Below are positions 37,317 through 49,560 of a DNA stretch of 64,000 nucleotides, one piece after another (within the stretch, counting starts at the first letter, position 1; every line of letters starts with the position of its first letter). Under the pieces are notes generated by a model that saw only the letters and a program-made list of their open reading frames with translations, did not search any database and was not told the DNA's origin. Both the position numbers and the translations under genes were made by a program. Source of the stretch: Anolis carolinensis (taxonomy: Eukaryota); the NCBI RefSeq assembly GCF_035594765.1, contig NC_085846.1, forward strand, positions 12,077,190 through 12,141,189, given 5' to 3'.

Positions 37317-39095
37317 TTAAGAGGGTTCGGTGAGAGCTTCGGCGAGACAGGCCGAGGGCGGCTCCTTCTCAGCCTCTGCCTGCTCATCATGGGGATGCTG
37401 GTGGATGTGCGCAGAGAGCAGCGGCTCATAGGTCATGATAGTGGCTGTCACTATGGTGTCATCAGGGGCTCTGTTTTCTAGGGCCACGTGGGTCTTGAGG
37501 TGCTTGCGCAGATCAGAGGCACCCAGGAAGGCTTTAGAACAGTGAGGGCAGGCGTGGGGCCGGACCCCCGAATGGATCCGCTCATGTTTGCGCAGACCGG
37601 CCCTGTCGGAGAAACCTTTGCCGCATTCTGGGCATGGAAAGGGCCGCAAGCCAGGATGGAGCAGCCGCTCATGGCGGCGCAGGTCTTGGGTAGAAGAAAA
37701 TGTCTCCCCACACTCCCCACAAGCAGGCACCACAGTGGCCACAACAATGGTCGAAGGGTCACTGTCGGCAGGGGGGTCTTGGGGTTGGTTGAGGGGGGCA
37801 GATTTGTCAGCGTTATTCTCGTTGGTGTGGGTGCGCTCGTGTTTCCTGAGGCTGGAGGAGACAACAAAGGCCTTGCCACAGCGACCGCACTTGAAGGGCC
37901 GCTCGCCAGAGTGGACACGGTAGTGTTTGGTGAGGCTGGCTCGCTCAGCGAAGCTCTTGCCACACTCCCCACACTGGTGGGGGCGCTGTCCCGAGTGAAC
38001 CAGCAAGTGGCGCTTGAGGTCCCAGGAGGCCACGAAGCTCTTGTCACACTGGAGGCATTTATGAGGCCTCTCGCCCGTGTGTATGCGCTGGTGCATGGCC
38101 AGGTCGGCCGGCTGGCGGAAGGCCTTGCCACACTTGTCGCAAGTGTAAGGCTTGAAGCCCTGGTGTGCCCGCTGGTGCCGACGGAAGCTGGAGGGGTCGC
38201 TGAACATGCGCCCACACTGTGGACAGAGGAAGGGCTTCTCCCCCGAGTGGGTGCGCTGGTGGCTCTGGAAGGAGGACAGCTGGGTGAAGCCTTTGCCGCA
38301 GAGGTTGCAGCGGTAGGGCTTGTGGGCGGCATGGATGCGCTGGTGGCAGGCAAGGGAAGAGGATCGGGAGAAGGCCTTCCCACAATCCTGACACAGGAAA
38401 GGCCTCTCGCCAGTATGGGAGCGCTCATGGTTCTTGAGGTCTTTGAGCTCGGCGTAGGTCTTGCGGCAAACCTCGCACTGGTAGGGGCGCAGGCCAGCGT
38501 GGGTGCGGCGGTGCTTTCGGAAGACCGAGGGGTCAGCAAAACGCTTGCCGCACTCACCACAGGAATATGGCTTTTCACCGGTGTGAGAGCGCTGGTGGAT
38601 CTTCAGCTTGGAGAGGGTGCCGTACCCCTTGTGGCACTGCTGGCAACGGAAGGGTAGGTCCCCCGTGTGCCGGGCCATGTGGACGCGGAGACAGACCGGC
38701 TGCATGAAGGCCTTGCCGCACTCACGACACACAAAGGGCTTCTCTCCGCTGTGGCTGCGGCCATGGTTGCGCAGCTCAGGGGCCGTTTTGTAGGCCTTGG
38801 CGCACAGCTGGCACTGGTAAGGGCGCTCCACCTGGTGGCTCAGCTGGTGCTTGCGGAGTTGGTTGCGGTCTGGAAACTCTTTTCGGCAACTTGGGCAAGC
38901 GAGTTTGCTAGCCAAGCTGTCACCAGTATTGGCTGCATGAGACTCTAAGTGACGCAACACCCGGGGGATGCTCGGGAAGGTCTTGCTGCAAGTCAGGCAC
39001 TTATAGCGCCGACCCGACCGGACGTAGCCAGCATCCTCCTCCTCCTCTTCCAGCTTTACCTCCACGCTAACATCTTCTTCTCCTGCCTCAGCCAT
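37317..39095 (-). CDS. ZNF668: Zinc finger protein 668, 592 aa, 17 C2H2 fingers, uninterrupted ORF
   Basis: [19 protein letters not shown] matches human [19 protein letters not shown]; fingers [45 protein letters not shown]; acceptor tttag| at 39114/39113; synteny with STX4 and ZNF646. Confidence 0.93.
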   Translation of the reverse strand: MAEAGEEDVSVEVKLEEEEEDAGYVRSGRRYKCLTCSKTFPSIPRVLRHLESHAANTGDSLASKLACPSCRKEFPDRNQLRKHQLSHQVERPYQCQLCAKAYKTAPELRNHGRSHSGEKPFVCRECGKAFMQPVCLRVHMARHTGDLPFRCQQCHKGYGTLSKLKIHQRSHTGEKPYSCGECGKRFADPSVFRKHRRTHAGLRPYQCEVCRKTYAELKDLKNHERSHTGERPFLCQDCGKAFSRSSSLACHQRIHAAHKPYRCNLCGKGFTQLSSFQSHQRTHSGEKPFLCPQCGRMFSDPSSFRRHQRAHQGFKPYTCDKCGKAFRQPADLAMHQRIHTGERPHKCLQCDKSFVASWDLKRHLLVHSGQRPHQCGECGKSFAERASLTKHYRVHSGERPFKCGRCGKAFVVSSSLRKHERTHTNENNADKSAPLNQPQDPPADSDPSTIVVATVVPACGECGETFSSTQDLRRHERLLHPGLRPFPCPECGKGFSDRAGLRKHERIHSGVRPHACPHCSKAFLGASDLRKHLKTHVALENRAPDDTIVTATIMTYEPLLSAHIHQHPHDEQAEAEKEPPSACLAEALTEPS

Positions 39096-41316
39096 TTTGG
39101 AAGAGGATTCTGCCTAAATAAAAATGGAAATCAATATTACAAGGTTGCCACACCATGGGAGTTGAACTACACAGTAGTTGGAACAACAGGCTCCAAGAAA
39201 GAAGGGGTTTTAGTATCTCACAATCCTGAAGCCTACTGGATGATCTCAGGCCACCTAACCAGGAATTGCATTACACTTCCCAAACACTTCTCATCTAAAT
39301 TCAAGTGGTTAGTAACTACAGTACAACCTCCCATATCAGCAGAAGTGATATTATAGTTTCATCTATCTGTCCAAAATACATCCTCTCTAGGCATTTTCTA
39401 GGTCTTCCAGCAAAATTCTACAGTATTCTTGGACCAGAAGACTTTATTTTTAATAGGATTCACTATCATCTGCTGTATTGCAGGTAAGCGATTTGGGGGG
39501 GGGGGGGGGTCATACTGCAGTGACCAAATTTAAACTCTTACGGGTACTAGATCCATTTTTGACGAAGCTCATGAGAGGTAAAGTCAATTCTTTTAGAAAC
39601 TGAGCCCAGTGAGGCTGCTTTGCAATATTATGCGAATGTTCAGGTAACAAATACTCAATTGAATTATATGCATATTGTGGACAATGTGTGTTCCTGCGTG
39701 GCATTTCTTCTTCGCATTAGGGAAATCTCTTTGGCTGTCATCCGGTGCCCTCCAGATCTTTTGCAGCTTATTCCCCAGCATCCCAAATAGCCTGTCCAGG
39801 TAGTAAGGATGCTTGGAATGTAATCCAAAATATATGGTTGGCACAGCAAGCCTTTTCGAGAGGTTTCTATGGAATTAGGAGGGCTGCATCTGTTTATGAC
39901 AAAACTGCAGGATACAGGAATAAAGAAATAGAATTTAAAATAAAATACTCTAGTCTACAGTCAGCAATAATGCCATTAATAAATAAATGCATCTCTGGTT
40001 TCCACAAAGCAGTTGCAAGATGACTATCTCTTGTATAGGGACCAATAGCCTCTAGGAGAGAAGGTGAAAAAGCAAACTAAAAACAATCCACCTTTTTCCA
40101 AACCAGGACCTCAATCACTAAAATGAGATTAGAGGCCTGTCCTGGATTTAAGTTTGCAAACCTACAATGCAGTTGTGCTTAAAGGGTTGCCCACGTATCA
40201 GGAAATTGGCTATAAGATATTTGCTGGAAATTGGCTATAAGGTATTTGCTGGCTACTGAGTCGTCAACAACAAGAATTGTGGATATTTTTCTTCACCTCT
40301 CTAATTGCACATTCCTACAATTGTAAAGCTAACAATGGATATTTCTAATAAATAACATTAGAAAATGCTTATCCAGGCAATGCCTGGTATATATATTCAT
40401 ATAGGAATAAAATTCAAAATCCGGGAGAGAAGGAGGGAAAGGTCCATCTCTCCATTCAGCAATAACAGATTTGGCTTGCTTGTTATGGATTTGGCCATAT
40501 TCTCTGCAACATGGATGGATTTAGAATTCAGGGAGAAGCTGATCATCTCCAGCTAGAGATGGAAGCAGAACACATTTGGAGACTGATATAAACAAAATCA
40601 CCCCCAGTTTCCCTTAATGGAAATCGTGGAAGACACAAAGGGAATCAAAGACGTTTTCCAATCGTATTTGGCTTTGTATGAACCGAAAGCCCGGGATGTA
40701 AAATGGCTGGCTTTAAGACCAAGCAAGGAAAGACAGTGGGCTAAAATCACAGTTTGGAGAGGTGCAGTAGGACAGAGAAAGTCTTTCCCTTTCCAATGGT
40801 GTCATTTAAGTTTCAGTCCTGGAATCCACTTGCTAGATTGAATATACAAGACAGCCTCTGAGCATGTCCCGAGTGCCTATTACACAGTATAGGATATTTG
40901 CTGGCTGACACACATCTGGTATTGGAAGACAATAGCTTCTCCTGAGGGCTAGTTGACAACGCCTTTCCTTGCACAAAGCACCAGCTCAGCATTTTCTTGA
41001 ATGACAGTAGCTTTAAGAGCTGCGTTATACAATCCTGTCCAGACAGATCCACATTATTCAGATTTTGAGGAGGAAGGGAAATACATCACAACCAAATCTG
41101 TTGCTGCAATCCTATTTAAACTGAGCATTCTATATAATTCTTAACTATGGCATTTTTTTGGCACCTTCAATAAATAATTTCCAAGGATATGGAAATGTCT
41201 CTCCCCATTGCACCTATGGGAAAAATCTGGGGTATAGTGTATGATTTTTAGTGTTAGCTGCTTTGAGTCTCCTTTGGGACAGAAGAAGCAGGATACAAAT
41301 ACTAATACTCCTAATA

Positions 41317-41639
41317 CAGTAGAGTCTCACTTATCCAAACCTCACTTATCCAAGGTTCTGGATTATCCAAGCCATTTTTGTAGTCAATGTTTGCAATATA
41401 TCATGATATTTTGGCGCTAAATTCGTAAATACAGTAATTACAACATAACATTCCTGCGTATTGAACTACTTTTTCTGTCAAATTTGTTGCATAACATGAT
41501 GTTTTGGTGCTTAATTTGTAAAATCATAACCTAATTTGATGTTTAATAGGCTTTTCCTTAATCCCTCCTTATTATCCAAGATATTCGCTTATCCAAGCTT
41601 CTGTGGGCCCGTTTAGCTTGGATAAGTGAGACTCTACTG
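41317..41639. mobile_element. Tc1/mariner-type MITE
   Basis: TA|CAGTAGAGTCTCACTTATCC...GGATAAGTGAGACTCTACTG|TA. Confidence 0.88.
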
Positions 41640-42699
41640 TACTTCGAATAGGAATAATTTTATTTCTTACCCACTTCTCCTTGTGGCTCGAGATGGGTTA
41701 CAGCATTGCTAAAGCACACACATTCATCTAAAAACATTTTACAAAATATAAATGTCAAAATATATTTCTACAAAAGACATATTAAAATGCAAAGAACAAA
41801 AATTAAACATAAGGTGCAGGTTTTAAATTTGTGATTAATAATAAATTATCTAAACATTTGGGGAAAGCTAAATCTCTGAATGGAGATAGATGCCTGCTTT
41901 GCTTTCTATCCTCTATTCCAGCCATTGGCAAACTTCGGCCCTCCAGGTGTTTAGGACTCCAACTCCCACAATTCCTACCGGCTGTAAACACCTGGAGGGG
42001 CCAAGTTTGCCCATGCCTGGTCTATACTACATCTAATTGGAGATATTCTATAATCATATGGTGAGATTAAACAATTTCTTTTAACATTCTTAACGTGTTT
42101 CCCCCCCCCCCCCCTTTTAAAATAAATTATAATGTTACAATCTGTATAACTTGCATAACTAACAAAACACAAAGTCCTAATTGGTCACTATTGAGACTGA
42201 TCACCAGTTGTCACTGGTGAAGTGAGCCGTTTTGGAACATAAAAGAAAAAATCTACCTCCTCTTTGCAAAAAAACAGATAATCGTTGAATAAAAACATAT
42301 GCTACAAAAAGCCCCCAAACCAGTTAAATACAGTGAATCAAATGCATAAGGCAAATGTAATGGGATTTCTTTTATGTCTTCTGAGTTTTAAACAAAACCC
42401 AAAGGAACAAAAGGAGAGGTGATCATGGCTTTTGTCTTTTTGTATTTAGGGAGAACACTGTAAAAGAGCCAATTGTGAACAGTGTTTTTTGGGTATTTCA
42501 CCATAGTCATATGTTTTAATGAAACATCTAAAAGGGCCTTAAAAGCCTTTATTATTGCATAAACATTCCTGGTTTAGAGCCCACTTTTTATTTGATGAAT
42601 TGTGATTCCAGTCCATATTCCTTTTTTAAAGTGTGCCTCCCAATCTTAGAATATCTGCTGGAATTACAGGTAGTAACAGTAATAGTAATAACAACAACA

Positions 42700-43060
42700 A
42701 TTATTGGGTTGCTGTGAGTTTTCTGGTCTGTATGGCCATGTTCCAGAAGCATTCTCTCCTGACATTTCACCCACTAACACTTCCCAACAAATGACTTCCC
42801 CAGGCAGAAATCAGCCAGGCTTTGAAGCTGCAAGACTATTCAATGCTAATCAAGGTGGCCAAGTGCAACATTCATACTTGCCTCAGGCAGACAAGAGTTC
42901 TTTCTCCCACCCTGAACCTTCCACAGATATATAAACCCCACTTGACTAGTTTCCAACAAACCACACAACCTCTGAGGACGCCTGCCATAGATGTGGGCAA
43001 AACGTCAGGAGAGAATGCTCCTGGAATATGGCCGTGCAGCCCGGAAAACTCACAGCAAAC
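42700..43060. mobile_element. Penelope terminal-repeat fragment with inversion
   Basis: Homologous to 4410-4500 and 6060-6200, in both orientations. Confidence 0.7.
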
Positions 43061-43107
43061 CTATTATTACTGACACAAAGACACAGTATGACATAGCAAA
43101 CGAGATA

Positions 43108-43146
<39 letters not shown>

Positions 43147-43208
43147 GCTAGATTTCGTATCACAAAATCACAAGTCAAACACTTCCCAAGTGTTTAGGAT
43201 TGTGTGAT

Positions 43209-43250
<42 letters not shown>

Positions 43251-43251
<1 letters not shown>

Positions 43252-43573
43252 AGTAGAGTCTCACTTATCCAACACTCGCTTATCCAACGTTCTGGATTAT
43301 CCAACACATTTTTGTAGTCAATGTTTTCAATATATCGTGATATTTTGGTGCTAAATTCATAAATACAGTAATTACTACATAGCATTACTGCGTGTTGAAC
43401 TACTTTTTCTGCCAAATTTGTTGTCTAACATGATGTTTTGGTGCTTCATTTGTAAAATAATAACCTAATTTGATGTTTACTAGGCTTTTCCTTAATGGCT
43501 CCTTATTATCCAACATATTCGCTTATCCAACATTCTGCCGGCCCGTTTATGTTGGATAAGTGAGACTCTACTG
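43251..43573. mobile_element. Tc1/mariner-type MITE inserted in a (TTA)n tract
   Basis: Same TIRs and TA flanks as 41317-41639. Confidence 0.88.
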
Positions 43574-43883
43574 TATTATTATTATACATCACATTAATAC
43601 TACTAATAATACTGTGTGATGTCTTATTATTAATAAAAATAATAATTATTATTATTAATAAGACATCACACAGTATTATTAGTAGTATTCATGTGATGTA
43701 TTATTATCATTATCATCATCATTATAATTACAGATCATAATTATGATCACAGATCATCATGAAACTAAACAGGATTAAGTGCTCTTGAGATGGGATTCTA
43801 GTCCAGGAAAAATAAATGTACAGTATTGCTCATCAAAGTATCCTTCCCAACCCAAGAATCTTATTGTTAATAATACCTATGCA

Positions 43884-43915
<32 letters not shown>

Positions 43916-44239
43916 GCAAAATAAACTGGTTTTTGTAGCAGTGCTCTTCGGGGACAGGACTCTCCTGTCCTGTCCAGACAGGCAAAAAAGAGGGATGAAA
44001 AAAAAGAAGAAAGAGATTGGGTTGCTGGATCCCAGCCCAGCAAAATGGCTGTCTCTAGGACCAAGAGACAAAAAGGCAGGGAGGAGAAGGAAAGAGGCTG
44101 GGATCTCCTACTGAGCCCGGATTCAGCCTCCTGCTGCTCTTCAGAGAGACTAAAGCTTGAGATCCCCAGGCTGGACCCCCCTGCGTTGGGGATGATGGGC
44201 AAAGCAATGCTTTCCATGCTGGGCAAAGCCTCCCCTTCC

Positions 44240-44820
44240 CTCTGCAGGGATTCTCTGGCTTTAAAATGGCGGACTTTAGGACCAGGGAGGCGGCGGCTGC
44301 TGCTGCTGCCTGGCTGCAAAGAGCCCTGCAGGGAAGGGCCGGGTTCAGGGTCCATCCCTTCTGCATCAGGTCCACGATTTTCCCAGGAAAGAGAAGGCGA
44401 GGGATCCCGCTCCACCTTGGCAAACCTTGCCCCGCAATTGCCTTTGCGTTTCCCCCTTCCCTTACCTTCCTTTTCCTTTGTCTATTGGCTCTGCCTTTCT
44501 TTTGCCGCTCCATCGCAGCGGGCGGGCGCTAGGACCCAGGAGGAGGGAGACCAAGAGGAGGCGGCAGGGTTTTAAAATTAATTTTAAAAAAAGGATAAAG
44601 CCACAAGCGATCAATTCAGAATCCAAGCCATGGTTTATTGCCAAGCCAAAGAGGAGGGCTGCTTGTCCAGATGGAGCCCCGAGACAGAGTAGGGTTTGGT
44701 TAAAGAAAGGGGTTGAATAAAGGAGGGGAGGGGATTGAGGGACGGACCGGAAGTGTGGCAAAGGCTGCCCGCCCTAGGGGAAAGGTTTCAAGAATGCACA
44801 AACCGGAAGTGTGGCATTGT
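44240..44820 (-). promoter_or_regulatory. ZNF668 promoter / first-exon region
   Basis: GC/CpG-rich; two ACCGGAAGTGTGGCA ETS/GABP-type sites (44746-44760, 44802-44816), YY1-type AAAATGGCGG 44263-44272, strong minus-strand donor AAG|GTAAGG at 44466/44465. Confidence 0.65.
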
Positions 44821-44867
44821 TTCACTGATTTCATTCATTCATTTATTTGTATCCTGCTTTATCTCTT

Positions 44868-45200
44868 CGGAGCCCCTGGTGGCACAGTGCGTTAAAGCGC
44901 TGAGCTGCTGAACTTGCGGACCAAAAGGTGCCAGGTTCAAATCCCGGGAGCGGAATGAGCGCCCACTGATAGCCCCAGCTCCTGCCAACCTAGCAGTTCG
45001 AAAACATGCAAATGTGAGTAGATAAATAGGTACCGCTCCAGCGGGAAGGTAACGACGCTCCATGCAGTCATGCCGGCCACATGACGTTGAAGGTGTCTAC
45101 GGACAAAGCTGGCTCTTCGGCTTAGAAATGGAGATGAGCACCAACCCCCAGAGTCGGTCACGACTGGACTTATCGTCAGGGGAAAACCTTTACCTTACCT
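44868..45200 (-). mobile_element. Sauria SINE directly upstream of the ZNF668 ETS sites
   Basis: Near-identical to 18846-19165. Confidence 0.82.
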
Positions 45201-45616
45201 ATCTCTTCACAACGAGACTCAAAGAGGCTCACAATCAAAAACATTACAACTTGAAATATACATATATACTATATTAAAACAGGATTATCATTATATATTA
45301 TTATATATCATCAGTAGTAAATATATTTAATATATGAGTTTACTATATTACAATATTATGATATTATATTATATTATTTATTTAATACATTTATATCCTG
45401 TCCTTCTCACCCTGAAGGGGACTCACAGCAGCTTACAAATTAAATTTACATACAATATTATATTATTAACATAGCACAATACTGGCAACAAATTACCATA
45501 TTGTACTATATCTATATATTGTAATATTATTAATAATATTACATGTAATATATAATATATAATTAATATTATTATATTGTATTATTAGTATTATATTGTA
45601 TTACAAAATAATATTA

Positions 45617-45746
45617 NNNNNNNNNNNNNNNNNNNNNNNNNNNNNNNNNNNNNNNNNNNNNNNNNNNNNNNNNNNNNNNNNNNNNNNNNNNNNNNNNNNN
45701 NNNNNNNNNNNNNNNNNNNNNNNNNNNNNNNNNNNNNNNNNNNNNN
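45617..45746. other. Assembly gap (130 N)
   Basis: Run of N. Confidence 1.
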
Positions 45747-47719
45747 CCACGCGTTGCTGTGGCTTGGTCTGGTGGTGTTGGTCAGTCTACATTAGGCTGT
45801 ATTTATGATGTGACCTCCACCCTTCTTCATACTCACATTAGTAGTAGTATTTGAAGTCTGTTACCTTCTTCAATTTTTGTATTGATAATTGCTTGAGATC
45901 CCTGCTGTCTTTGGTTTGTTGTTAATCGTGATGTCTGATTCTGCTGAGTGTGGATTATATTTTTATTGTGGTACAATAGTCTTTTTTTTTGCCTGTGTGG
46001 GTGTTTATTGTTGCTGTTGTTGTTGTTGTTGTTGTGGTCATGAAGGTTCGTTAAGTTAGATGCTACTGTATTGTTTTTTTGGAGGCCCAGTGTAGCACTG
46101 ACTGGCCTCTCAGCCTCAGTGCCTGGCTGCTTCTTGCCTGTGATGGTGTTAATTCTTATTGTTGCTGTTGTCATTGTTATTATTGTAATTGTTTTTTGGA
46201 GGCCAAGTGTGAATGTAGGGATTGGGGAGGTGGATGAGCACTGAATGGCCTTGTAGCCTCAGTGCCTGGCTGATTCTTGCCTGTGTAGGTGTTTATTATT
46301 AGTGGGTGAGGGGATGGATAGATGAGTGGATGGATAGATAGAGTGGGTGCTCTCATTGTTTCCTTTATTCCTATGCTGTTCCCTTTCTATGCTCCGATCC
46401 TGATCTTGCTGATAAGAACACACTGGTCAGAAAGGAGGGTAAATATAACCGGGTCAATGGTCTTTCCCTTTTGCTCTTGGCCTTCCGGGCAGAGAGGGAG
46501 GGCTCTTGTCCTTGGCGTTCCTTCGCTTCCCTTCCTTCTCTCCTTCCTTCGTTCTATCCATCCCAGCCTTTCCTGCCTGGGTCAGTGGGTTGGATAGCGG
46601 GGACAGGGAGAGAAGGAAGAGGCCTCTAATTGAAATGCATGGACTCCATGCCATGGGGTGCTGGGATTTGTAGTTTGCATCCAGTCCAACCCCTTCCTTT
46701 CTTTTTGTCATGGAGGAAGACCCCACCCAAACCCTTCAGATGGCCATCCGGTTTAATTGTGTTGTTATAGTCACAATGTGTTGTTGTGAGTTTTGTGGGT
46801 CCGGATTGTGGTTTTGTGGTGTGGTTGTGTTGTTACAACCAGGAGGCAAGGCTTTTGCGTTGTGTTGTAAAGTTTTGTATTTCTGGGGCGTTTAGTTGTG
46901 TGCCAAGTTTTGTATTTCTGAAGCGTTTAGTTGTGTTGTTATAGTCACGATGCGTTGTTGTGAGTTTTGTGGGTCTGGATTATGGTTTGGTGGCGTGGTT
47001 GTGTTGTTACAACTGGGAGGCAAGGCTTTTGCATTGTGTTGTCAAGTTTTGTATTTCTGTGGCGTTTAGTTGTGTTGTTATACTCACGATGCGTTGTTGT
47101 GAGTTTTGTGGGTCCGGATTGTGGTTTTGTGGTGTGGTTGTGTTGTTACAACCAGGAGGCAAGGCTTTTGCATTGTGTTGTCAAGTTTTTTATTTCTCTG
47201 GCGTTTAGTTGTGTGCCAAGTTTTGTATTTCTGGGACATTTAGTTGTGTTGTTATAGTCACAATGCGTTGTTGTGAGTTCTGTGGGTCCAGATTGTGGTT
47301 TTGTGGTGTGGTTGTGTTGTTACAACCGGGTGGAAAGGCTTTTGCATTGTGTTGCCAAGTTTCGTATTTCTGGGGCGTTTAGTTGTGTTGTTATAGTAAC
47401 GATGCGTTGTTGTGAGTTTTGTGGGTCTGGATTGTGGTTTTGTGGTGTGGTTGTGTTGTTACAACCGGGAGGCAAGGCTTTTGCGTTGTGTTGCCAAGTT
47501 TTGTATTTCTGGGACATTTAGTTGTGTTGTTATAGTCACAATGCGTTGTTGTGAGTTCTGTGGGTCCAGATTGTGGTTTTGTGGTGTGGTTGTGTTGTTA
47601 TAACCCGGAGGCAAGGCTTTTGCATTGTGTTGCCAAGTTTCGCATTTCTGGGATGTTTAGTTTTGTTGTTATAGTCACTGTGCAAACAACTTTATCCTTT
47701 TATATATATAGAAGATAGA
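45747..47719 (-). mobile_element. Second non-autonomous Helitron (3' CTAG lost in the gap)
   Basis: Begins CCACGCGTTGCTGTGGC (same hairpin as the 33750 element) and ends CTTTTATATATATAGA(AGATAGA)|T. Confidence 0.8.
46752..47690. repeat. GT-rich tandem array, 139-bp unit (174 bp in units 1 and 3), about 6.3 copies
   Basis: Anchor TCAC/TAAC at 46771, 46945, 47084, 47258, 47397, 47536, 47675. Confidence 0.92.
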
Positions 47720-48219
47720 TTAGCAAAGCATGTTACTGGTGGGAAGGGCCTTCAGCTGCAGCAAGGAGACAAAATGGAAACTATTTTTGCTGGCTCCCTC
47801 TTTGCTTATATTATTATATTGTATTATTATTAGTATTATACTGTATTACAATATAATATTATCAATCTTACATAGCACAATATTAGTATTATTACTGCAT
47901 TGTATTATACCATGATACTGTAATATAATATACAAATATATTATTATATATTATTATATTGTATTATATAATTATACCATAATATATATAATACACTACT
48001 AGGATATCATACTATTCGTAATGTAATATAATGTAATGTAATGTAATGTAATATATAAGGCCGCCTCTAAAGGTATCAACAGGAGAATACGTCAGTTTAG
48101 GATTATAACAGCAAAATTGTTATAGATTGAGCATCCTATAACAGACCTGAATTCCAGTTTGGGAAAAAGGTGCAGTATAAGACTAATAGTATAATGGTAT
48201 ATTATATGTACTTACTAAC

Positions 48220-48575
48220 TTAGACAATCCTTCATTGTCCAAGTATGATGGCCTTCCAAGTGCAGTGGATACATAGGTGACTGTAGAGCCCTATTCTTGA
48301 CCCAACTTTTCTTTCACAGTGAAAACATCAGTTTCTGGTTGGAAGGCGGTCCCAGTCAGGGTTGGCTTGACGCGCCTTCCTCTTGGCACATTTCTCCCTT
48401 TCACCCTCCATTCGTGCGTCTTCAAATTCCACAGCACTGCTGGTCACAGCTGACTTCCAGTTAGAGCACTCAAAGGCCAGGGCTTCCCAGTTCTCGGTAT
48501 CTATGCCACCGTTTTTGAGGTTGGCTTTAGGCCCATCTTTAAATCTCTTTTCCTGTCCACCAACATTCCATTTAG
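48220..48575 (-). mobile_element. RTE-clade LINE 3' fragment
   Basis: Resembles the RTE 3' end (GGTTGGCTTGACGCGCCTTCCTCTTGGC...CCATCTTTAAATCTCTTTTCCTGTCCACC); recognised by eye. Confidence 0.55.
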
Positions 48576-48679
48576 CAGTCCTGCCGGCAAAAGGGTTTAA
48601 CCCATTGCGCCATCAGGGGCTACAGATTTTGTTGCTTGTGTCATATGGAAATAAATAGCTCTCTTCACCAATCTATAAA

Positions 48680-49560
48680 CGTGCAGTCTCCAAATCTCTA
48701 ATTTTCATGGACGAGGAAAAGCGTTTAGAAAGGAAGCGGAACCATACTTAGTACGGAAACTGTTGCCAGTGGGACGGATATTGGGAGAGCTCCTATGAGG
48801 TGATCATAGATTTACCTCGGCCGCCGTCAGTTTCCTTTTTGTTAGAACACAGAGGTGTCTCTCTAGCACTGGAGAACTCTATGGCGAATTGACTGTTTTG
48901 CATTGGGGAAAAGCAGCGCAGTAGGGCGGAAGTGCTGAAAAAACATAGAGCTATATTTAGAACCATTTCCGCTTTTAATGAAAACGGGCTCTGTTTTAAC
49001 TTCAGAGTAAAAAGGACCTCTCATTTCTTTTCCAGCCAGGAGCAAGAAATGAGCGGAACGGAAATGGGTCAGTTGTAACTTTGGGGGAGTTGGGGGAGCT
49101 CTTTGGGACGTGACACGACGCTCTTCTCCCCCTCGCCGGAAGTGAAGCCTCGGTGTGGCTGGAGGGGGAACGCTTTGGAGGGCGCTCACTTCCTGTTTCC
49201 TAGCAACAAAAGGAAGTATTTGTTGTTGCCCTGGTCTGTGGGACTTCTTCCAAGAGGGAGCCTCCTGCCTCGGGGAGGAAGGGCTTCGGGGGCCGCTCAA
49301 GGCCCTCCGGGGAGAGGCCAGGGCCTGCTTCGCCTTCCGGGGCTTCCAGGGGGGATCAGGAGGGGCTGCCAGCCGGGCCCCGACCCTCCTTCCCTCCGTT
49401 GCCTCCGACCCGCCAAGCCATCTTCTCCAGGAAGACAGCCAAGAGGGGCCCCAGTCTCTCCTCTTCCGCAAGGCTGGACTTTGGGGCTCTTGGGCCCCTT
49501 CCTTCCCTCCGCCACCACTGGGGCCTCCCAGAAGTGGGACTGCATGCCTTCAACTCTGAC
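48680..49560 (+). promoter_or_regulatory. ZNF646 CpG-island promoter / first-exon region
   Basis: CpG-rich with multiple ETS motifs (GCGGAAGTG 48926-48934, CCGGAAGTG 49136-49144, CACTTCCTG 49187-49195); lies upstream of the ZNF646 acceptor at 53946. Confidence 0.65.

Noticed and set aside
37478-38657. Long overlapping ORFs on ZNF668 (389 aa antisense, 366 aa alternative frame)
   Set aside because: Expected shadows of a GC-rich repetitive zinc-finger CDS; non-ATG starts and no recognisable domain.
43867-44575. 150-180 aa ORFs on both strands
   Set aside because: GC-rich promoter/first-intron DNA with no domain. Only the first 16 codons from 44513 are retained as a hypothesis.
46752-47690. 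Regularly spaced repeats resembling a CRISPR array, and Cys/Val-rich ORFs
   Set aside because: Whole units repeat with no unique spacers, there are no cas genes, and the context is eukaryotic; the ORFs are translations of the tandem repeat.
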